Shown here piece after piece: positions 58,488-64,000 of a stretch of 64,000 nucleotides of DNA. This DNA is from Blastococcus sp. Its GTDB lineage: Bacteria; Actinomycetota; Actinomycetes; Mycobacteriales; Geodermatophilaceae. The notes beneath the pieces were generated by a model. The model was not told the origin of the DNA, did not search any database, and saw only the letters and a program-made list of their open reading frames with translations. The position numbers were made by a program, and so were the translations under genes. Location: NCBI GenBank assembly GCA_042090795.1, contig JBELIQ010000013.1, positions 7,780 to 71,779 on the forward strand. Reading direction: 5' to 3'. The first letter of the stretch is position 1; each line of letters starts with the position of its first letter.

Positions 58488-58509
58488 AACGTAAGCGGGG
58501 GGTCCGACA
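58488..58509 (-). promoter_or_regulatory. PafBC-type (RecA-NDp) DNA-damage promoter of leaderless sbcD
   Basis: TGTCGG-N10-TACGTT, then 6 nt to ATG. Confidence 0.75.
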
Positions 58510-58520
58510 GAACCGCCCAG

Positions 58521-58550
58521 GCGCGCCGTGACGGAACCGTCACAACGCGC
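58521..58550 (-). terminator. Hairpin after the PH-domain gene
   Basis: GTGACGG-AA-CCGTCAC core flanked by GCGCG/CGCGC. Confidence 0.55.
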
Positions 58551-58562
58551 TGCGCGGCCGGC

Positions 58563-59237
58563 TCAGAGCACCGTCGTGGGCCGGCCGCCGCGCCCGTCCC
58601 GTGCGCCGCGCCAGTCGCCGTCCCAGTCGTCCTCGCCGGAGTCCCGGACGTAGCCCAGGTCCCGGATGTCGCCGGAGTCCCGGATGTCGCCGGGGTCGCG
58701 GACGTAGCCGGAGTCGCGGATGTAGCCGGCGTTCTCCTGCGCCCGCCGGTCGGCGTCCTCCTCGACCATGTGGTTGAGCAGCTGCTGCACGCCGTCGCTG
58801 TCCGGGATCTGCCGGAGGACCGTCGCGCCGCCGTCACCCGCCGTCTCGATGGTCAGCGTGCCGGAGCTGATCAGCCGCTCCCACAGCGTCTGCGTGTAGG
58901 AGACGTCGGTGATCCGGGCCAGACCCAGGTCGCGGCCGCGCCGGGCGAGGATCCCCTCGCGGAACAGCAGCCGGTGGGTGGTGATCACGTAGTGCGTCGC
59001 CCGCCAGCGGGCCAGCGGCACGACGACGGTCAGCAGCAGCAGGACGACGGCGACCGCGAGGAGCAGCAGCCGGTAGATGCCCTGCTGGCGCCCGTCGGGG
59101 ATCATCGCCGCCCCGAAGGAGGTCGCGCCGACGATCAGCAGGAAGCGCACGACCGGCCAGAACACCGTCAGCCAGTGCGGGTGCAGGTGCCGGACGACGT
59201 CTTCGTCCTCGGCGAGCAGCTTGTCCGGGTACGACAT
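58563..59237 (-). CDS. Membrane PH-domain (bPH_2) protein (Rv3278c-like)
   Basis: MSYPDKLL..DE.V..HLHPHW, YVITTHRL, SGTLTIETAG. Confidence 0.9.
   Translation of the reverse strand: MSYPDKLLAEDEDVVRHLHPHWLTVFWPVVRFLLIVGATSFGAAMIPDGRQQGIYRLLLLAVAVVLLLLTVVVPLARWRATHYVITTHRLLFREGILARRGRDLGLARITDVSYTQTLWERLISSGTLTIETAGDGGATVLRQIPDSDGVQQLLNHMVEEDADRRAQENAGYIRDSGYVRDPGDIRDSGDIRDLGYVRDSGEDDWDGDWRGARDGRGGRPTTVL
58638..58727 (-). repeat. 5 x 18-bp tandem repeat encoding G[YD][IV]RD[SPL]
   Basis: GYIRDS GYVRDP GDIRDS GDIRDL GYVRDS. Confidence 0.92.
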
Positions 59238-59431
59238 CCGCCCAGGATGACGGAGCGACCCACGGAAGCGGCGCTACCGATCGCGGTGTCGCGCCGAGTG
59301 GGCCCCGGAGGGGTCCCGCAGGCGTGATGGGACACGCTCTGCCGGATGCGACGCCTCGCTGGCTGCGGTGCGATCCGGAGGGTCGCGGTGTTACGGCTAC
59401 TGGCCGCGGTGTCGGCCGGAGGCCGACGATG

Positions 59432-60259
59432 TCACCGTGTCCTGACGTGCTGCACGTCGCCGCTGGCCAGCTCCACCGTGCCGGCCGGGGTGCGCACCAC
59501 CAGCCGCCCGTCCCAGTCGACCGCCTCGGCGACGCCGTCCAGCGACGAACCGTCGGGCATCTGCACCCGGACCTCCGTGCCGACCGTCGACGACCAGCGC
59601 AGGTAGTCCGTCGCCAGGCCGGAGGCCACGGGGTCGCCCAGGTGCTCCACCCAGCGCAGGTAGCGCCGCTCCAGAGCGCGCAGGAAGGCCAGCAGCACCG
59701 GTGCCCGGTCGACCGTCCCGCCGGTCACCCCGGCCAGCGAGGTGGCGGTGTCGGGCAGCTCCGCGGCGGTCGTGGAGACGTTCAACCCGGTGCCGACGAC
59801 GACGGCCCTTCCCGAGCTCTCCGCCAGGATCCCGGCCAGCTTGCGCCCGTCGCGGGCGAGCAGGTCGTTGGGCCACTTCACCGAGGCCAGCACCCCGGTC
59901 GACTCACCCACCGCCTCGGCCAGCGCGACACCGGTCAGCAGCGGCAGCCAGCCCCGGCGCGCGGCGGGGACGTCGGGGCGCAGGAGCACCGAGACGGTGA
60001 GCCCGGCCCGGGGCGGGGAGGTCCAGACGCGGTCGAGGCGTCCACGCCCGGCGACCTGGTGCTCGGCGACCAGCACCGTGCCCTCGGGCGCGTCCCGCCC
60101 GGCGGCCGCCACCAGATCGGCGTTGGTCGAGCCGGCCTCGGGGACCACCTCCAGCGACCGCCAGAGCGCGCTGTCGCGGACGAGAGCGGCCTCCAGCGCT
60201 GCGCCGTCGAGCGGTGGACGCCCGAGATCCGACCATCGGGGTGAGGAGTCTCCGGGCAC
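59432..60259 (-). CDS. birA: Biotin-[acetyl-CoA carboxylase] ligase
   Basis: [35 protein letters not shown]. Confidence 0.95.
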   Translation of the reverse strand: MPGDSSPRWSDLGRPPLDGAALEAALVRDSALWRSLEVVPEAGSTNADLVAAAGRDAPEGTVLVAEHQVAGRGRLDRVWTSPPRAGLTVSVLLRPDVPAARRGWLPLLTGVALAEAVGESTGVLASVKWPNDLLARDGRKLAGILAESSGRAVVVGTGLNVSTTAAELPDTATSLAGVTGGTVDRAPVLLAFLRALERRYLRWVEHLGDPVASGLATDYLRWSSTVGTEVRVQMPDGSSLDGVAEAVDWDGRLVVRTPAGTVELASGDVQHVRTR

Positions 60260-60357
60260 TCCCCTACGCTACGGAACCCGTGGCCGGGCGTGCGCGGTCA
60301 CCGGATGTGCACCGACGGCCCGACCCTGCGGCCGAGGTGCGTCGGCGAGGAGGAAAC

Positions 60358-61986
60358 GTGAGCGCGGCTGAACTCGAGAGCGCCGGGGAGCAGATCCCCG
60401 AGGACATCGACATCCACACCACCGCCGGCAAGCTGGCCGACTTCGAGCGGCGCGTGCAGGAGGCGCAGCACGCGGGCTCCGAGCGGGCGGTCGAGAAGCA
60501 GCACGCCGCCGGCAAGATGACCGCCCGCGAGCGCATCGAGGCGCTGGTGGACCCGGGCTCGTTCACCGAGTTCGACGAGTTCGCCCGCCACCGGTCCACC
60601 AACTTCGGCATGGACGCCAAGCGGCCTTTCGGCGACGGCGTCGTCACCGGCTACGGCACCGTCGACGGCCGGCCGGTCGCGATCTTCTCCCAGGACGTGA
60701 CCGTGTTCGGCGGCGCGCTCGGCGAGGTCTACGGCGAGAAGATCGTCAAGGTCCAGGACTTCGCCATCAAGAACGGCTGTCCGGTCGTCGGCATCAACGA
60801 GGGCGGTGGCGCCCGGATCCAGGAGGGCGTGGTCTCCCTCGGCCTCTACGGCGAGATCTTCCAGCGCAACGTGCACGCCTCGGGCGTCATCCCGCAGATC
60901 TCGCTGATCATGGGCCCGGCCGCCGGTGGGCACGTCTACTCCCCGGCGCTCACCGACTTCATCGTCATGGTCGACAAGACCAGCCAGATGTTCATCACCG
61001 GGCCAGACGTGGTGAAGACCGTGACCGGTGAGGAGGTCACCCTCGAGGAGCTCGGCGGCGCGCGCACGCACAACACCAAGTCCGGCGTGGCCCACTACCT
61101 GGCCGAGGACGAGGCCGACGCCCTCGACTACGTCAAGGCGCTGCTGTCCTACCTGCCGAGCAACAACCTGGACCCGCTGCCGGCGCTGGACGTGCCGCCG
61201 GTCGACGTCGTCCTCCCCGAGGCGCTGACCGACGAGGACCTGGAGCTCGACACCTTCATCCCGGACTCGGCGAACACGCCCTACGACATGCACACCGTCA
61301 TCGAGCACGTGCTCGACGACGGCGAGTTCCTCGAGGTGCAGCCGCTGTTCGCGCCCAACCTGCTCATCGGCTTCGGCCGGGTCGAGGGCCGGCCGGTCGG
61401 CGTCGTGGCCAACCAGCCCACCCAGTTCGCCGGCACGCTGGACATCGACGCCAGCGAGAAGGCCGCGCGCTTCGTGCGCACCTGCGACGCCTTCAACATC
61501 CCGGTGCTCACCTTCGTCGACGTCCCGGGCTTCCTGCCGGGCACCTCGCAGGAGTGGGACGGCATCATCCGCCGCGGCGCCAAGCTCATCTACGCCTACG
61601 CCGAGGCGACCGTCCCGCTGATCACGGTGATCACCCGCAAGGCCTACGGCGGCGCCTACGACGTCATGGGCTCCAAGCACCTCGGGGCCGACGTCAACCT
61701 GGCCTGGCCCTCGGCGCAGATCGCCGTCGTCGGCGCACAGGGCGCGGTCGGCATCCTGTACCGCAAGGAGCTCGCCCAGGCCGAGGACCCCGACACCCGC
61801 CGCGCCGAGCTGATCGCGGAGTACGAGGACACCCTCGCCAACCCCTACATCGCCGCCGACCGGGGGTACGTGGACGCGGTCATCCCGCCGTCGCACACCC
61901 GGGTGCAGGTGACCAAGGCGCTGCGCGTGCTGGCCAACAAGCGCCAGACCCTGCCGCCGAAGAAGCACGGGAACATCCCCCTGTGA
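60358..61986 (+). CDS. pccB: Acyl-CoA carboxylase carboxyltransferase (beta) subunit, AccD5/PccB-like
   Basis: [33 protein letters not shown]-terminal KKHGNIPL. Confidence 0.95.
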   Translation: MSAAELESAGEQIPEDIDIHTTAGKLADFERRVQEAQHAGSERAVEKQHAAGKMTARERIEALVDPGSFTEFDEFARHRSTNFGMDAKRPFGDGVVTGYGTVDGRPVAIFSQDVTVFGGALGEVYGEKIVKVQDFAIKNGCPVVGINEGGGARIQEGVVSLGLYGEIFQRNVHASGVIPQISLIMGPAAGGHVYSPALTDFIVMVDKTSQMFITGPDVVKTVTGEEVTLEELGGARTHNTKSGVAHYLAEDEADALDYVKALLSYLPSNNLDPLPALDVPPVDVVLPEALTDEDLELDTFIPDSANTPYDMHTVIEHVLDDGEFLEVQPLFAPNLLIGFGRVEGRPVGVVANQPTQFAGTLDIDASEKAARFVRTCDAFNIPVLTFVDVPGFLPGTSQEWDGIIRRGAKLIYAYAEATVPLITVITRKAYGGAYDVMGSKHLGADVNLAWPSAQIAVVGAQGAVGILYRKELAQAEDPDTRRAELIAEYEDTLANPYIAADRGYVDAVIPPSHTRVQVTKALRVLANKRQTLPPKKHGNIPL

Positions 61987-62318
61987 CAGTGACACCGTCG
62001 TCCTCCGGACGACCACCGCAGCCAGGAGCCGTCCCCGGCACGAGCGGAGCCGGTTCGTCGCTCGATCGCGAGGACCCTCCGGGCCCTCACTCCTCACGAC
62101 AGGACGACCTTCCGACCGTCCCCCTCCTGCGGGTGCTGTCCGGCTCCCCCACCGACGAGGAGCTCGCCGCCCTGACCGTCGTCGTCGCGGCGATGTCGCA
62201 GCGCCGCGAGCGCCGCCGGCCGACGCCGGTCGGCGCCTGGGCGTCCTACGGCCGCGGCCACCGCGGCGCGCTGCAGACCGGTCCGGGCGGCTGGCGCGCG
62301 GCAGGGGGCCCGGCGTGA
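61983..62318 (+). CDS. accE: Acyl-CoA carboxylase epsilon subunit with N-terminal extension
   Basis: [18 protein letters not shown]...W...GPGGW; overlaps both flanking genes by 4 nt. Confidence 0.85.
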   Translation: MTVTPSSSGRPPQPGAVPGTSGAGSSLDREDPPGPHSSRQDDLPTVPLLRVLSGSPTDEELAALTVVVAAMSQRRERRRPTPVGAWASYGRGHRGALQTGPGGWRAAGGPA

Positions 62319-62923
62319 CCGTGGACCGCAGGCTCGTGCTCGCCTCGGCGTCCCCGGCCCGCCTCTCGCTGCTGCGCCAGGCCGGGCTGTCGCCCGAGGT
62401 CGTGGTGAGCGACGTCGACGAGTCGGCGCACTCCGCTCCCCGCGTGGCCGAGCAGGTCGCGCTGCTGGCGGCGGCCAAGGCCGCCGCCGTCGCGAAGCGG
62501 GAGACCGACGCGCTGGTGATCGGCGCCGACTCGCTGCTCGAGTTCGGTGGCAAGCCGCTGGGCAAGCCCGCCGACGCCGCCGACGCGCGTGACCGCTGGC
62601 GCCGGATGGCCGGCCGGTCGGGCGTCCTGCACACCGGCCAGGCACTGTTCGACGTCCGTGACGGCGGGGTCGCCAGCCGGGACATCGCCGTCGCCTCGAC
62701 CGTCGTGTACTTCGCCGAGCCGACGCCGTCCGAGATCGAGGCCTACCTCGCCACGGGTGAACCACTGGCGGTGGCCGGCGCGTTCACCCTCGACGGCCTC
62801 GGGGCACCCTTCGTCCGTCGCGTCGAGGGCGACCCCGCCGCCGTCGTCGGGCTCTCGCTCACCGTGCTGCGTACCCAGCTCGGCAGGCGCGGCCTGGCCA
62901 TCACCGATCTGTGGCGGCGCTGA
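62315..62923 (+). CDS. maf: Maf family nucleotide pyrophosphatase
   Basis: [31 protein letters not shown]. Confidence 0.93.
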   Translation: MTVDRRLVLASASPARLSLLRQAGLSPEVVVSDVDESAHSAPRVAEQVALLAAAKAAAVAKRETDALVIGADSLLEFGGKPLGKPADAADARDRWRRMAGRSGVLHTGQALFDVRDGGVASRDIAVASTVVYFAEPTPSEIEAYLATGEPLAVAGAFTLDGLGAPFVRRVEGDPAAVVGLSLTVLRTQLGRRGLAITDLWRR

Positions 62924-63011
62924 CCGCCGTCCCACCCCCCGCAACCTCACCCGGACGGGCCGGCCGGCCCTCGTTACAGTCCGACCGGTCCACAGCAGAA
63001 GGAGAGCCCCG

Positions 63012-64000
63012 GTGCAGAAGGTCCTGATCGCCAACCGCGGTGAGATCGCGGTGCGAGTGGCGCGAGCGTGCAAGGACGCCGGTCTCACCAGCGTGGCCGT
63101 CTACGCCGAGCCGGACCGCGATGCGCTGCACGTGCGCGTCGCGGACGAGGCGTTCGCCCTGGGCGGCACCACGCCCGGCGACTCCTACCTCGTCATCGAC
63201 AAGATCCTGGACGCCGCGAAGCAGTCCGGCGCGGATGCCATCCACCCCGGCTACGGATTCCTCTCCGAGAACGCCGACTTCGCCCAGGCCGTCATCGACG
63301 CCGGGCTCACCTGGATCGGCCCGTCGCCCCAGGCGATCATCGACCTCGGCGACAAGGTGGCCGCCCGCCACATCGCGATGAAGGCCGGCGCCCCGCTGGT
63401 GCCGGGCACCAAGGACCCGGTCGGCGGCGCCGACGAGGTCGTCGCGTTCGCGGAGGAGCACGGCCTCCCCGTCGCGATCAAGGCAGCGTTCGGCGGCGGA
63501 GGTCGCGGGCTGAAGGTGGCCCGCACCCTCGAGGAGATCCCCGAGCTGTTCGACTCGGCCGTCCGCGAGGCCGTGTCGGCCTTCGGGCGCGGAGAGTGCT
63601 TCGTCGAGCGCTTCCTGGACAAGCCCCGGCACGTCGAGGCCCAGGTGCTCGCCGACACCCACGGCAACGTGATCGTCGTCGGCACCCGTGACTGCTCGCT
63701 GCAGCGGCGCAACCAGAAGCTGGTCGAGGAGGCGCCCGCACCGTTCCTCACCGACGACCAGCGGGCCCGGATCCACTCCTCCGCCAAGGCCATCTGCAAG
63801 GGCGCCGGTTACCACGGCGCCGGCACGGTCGAGTACCTCGTGGGCGTCGACGGCTCGATCTCCTTCCTCGAGGTCAACACCCGGCTGCAGGTCGAGCACC
63901 CGGTGTCCGAGGAGACCAGCGGCCTGGACCTCGTGCGCCAGCAGTTCCGCATCGCCGACGGCCTGCCGCTGGAGATCACCGAGGACCCCGAGCCGCGCGG
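63012..64000 (+). CDS. accA3: Biotin carboxylase / BCCP alpha subunit (AccA3-like), truncated by the window end
   Basis: [53 protein letters not shown]. Confidence 0.95.
   Translation, partial: MQKVLIANRGEIAVRVARACKDAGLTSVAVYAEPDRDALHVRVADEAFALGGTTPGDSYLVIDKILDAAKQSGADAIHPGYGFLSENADFAQAVIDAGLTWIGPSPQAIIDLGDKVAARHIAMKAGAPLVPGTKDPVGGADEVVAFAEEHGLPVAIKAAFGGGGRGLKVARTLEEIPELFDSAVREAVSAFGRGECFVERFLDKPRHVEAQVLADTHGNVIVVGTRDCSLQRRNQKLVEEAPAPFLTDDQRARIHSSAKAICKGAGYHGAGTVEYLVGVDGSISFLEVNTRLQVEHPVSEETSGLDLVRQQFRIADGLPLEITEDPEPR

Noticed and set aside
58528-58543. CRP/GlxR site
   Set aside because: GTGA and TCAC are 8 nt apart rather than 6; a terminator hairpin explains it better.

Overview
A very GC-rich actinobacterial chromosomal window. 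I infer a Geodermatophilaceae-like, mycolate-less organism from gene content and style; this is not confirmed. The backbone is collinear with M. tuberculosis Rv3248c-Rv3285: ahcY, manA, SIS protein, pmm, DUF3499, metallopeptidase, whiB2, cofD, cofE, Man-1-P guanylyltransferase, wbbL, LCP, TIGR03089, fadE25, purE, purK, gtrA, PH protein, birA, accD5, accE, maf, accA3. Inserted into it is a ~32 kb arabinogalactan-type supercluster: rmlA, aftB, wbbL, aftA, glf, glfT2, glfT1, wzt, wzm, emb, LCP, a PAP2-ubiA-dprE1-dprE2 operon, an LGFP protein and a second divergent emb. No mycolate genes are present in the window. Accessory items include a LicD-methyltransferase fusion with a coupled coiled-coil protein, sulP-merR, a TagF-like enzyme, and sbcDC under a PafBC-type promoter. 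A ~65-bp nested-palindrome repeat with compensatory changes occurs at four loci. It sits at stop codons in three of them, and in two (cofE, dprE1) it appears to be translated as the N-terminal peptide. aftB carries an apparent +1 frameshift. No rRNA, tRNA, CRISPR array or transposase was seen.
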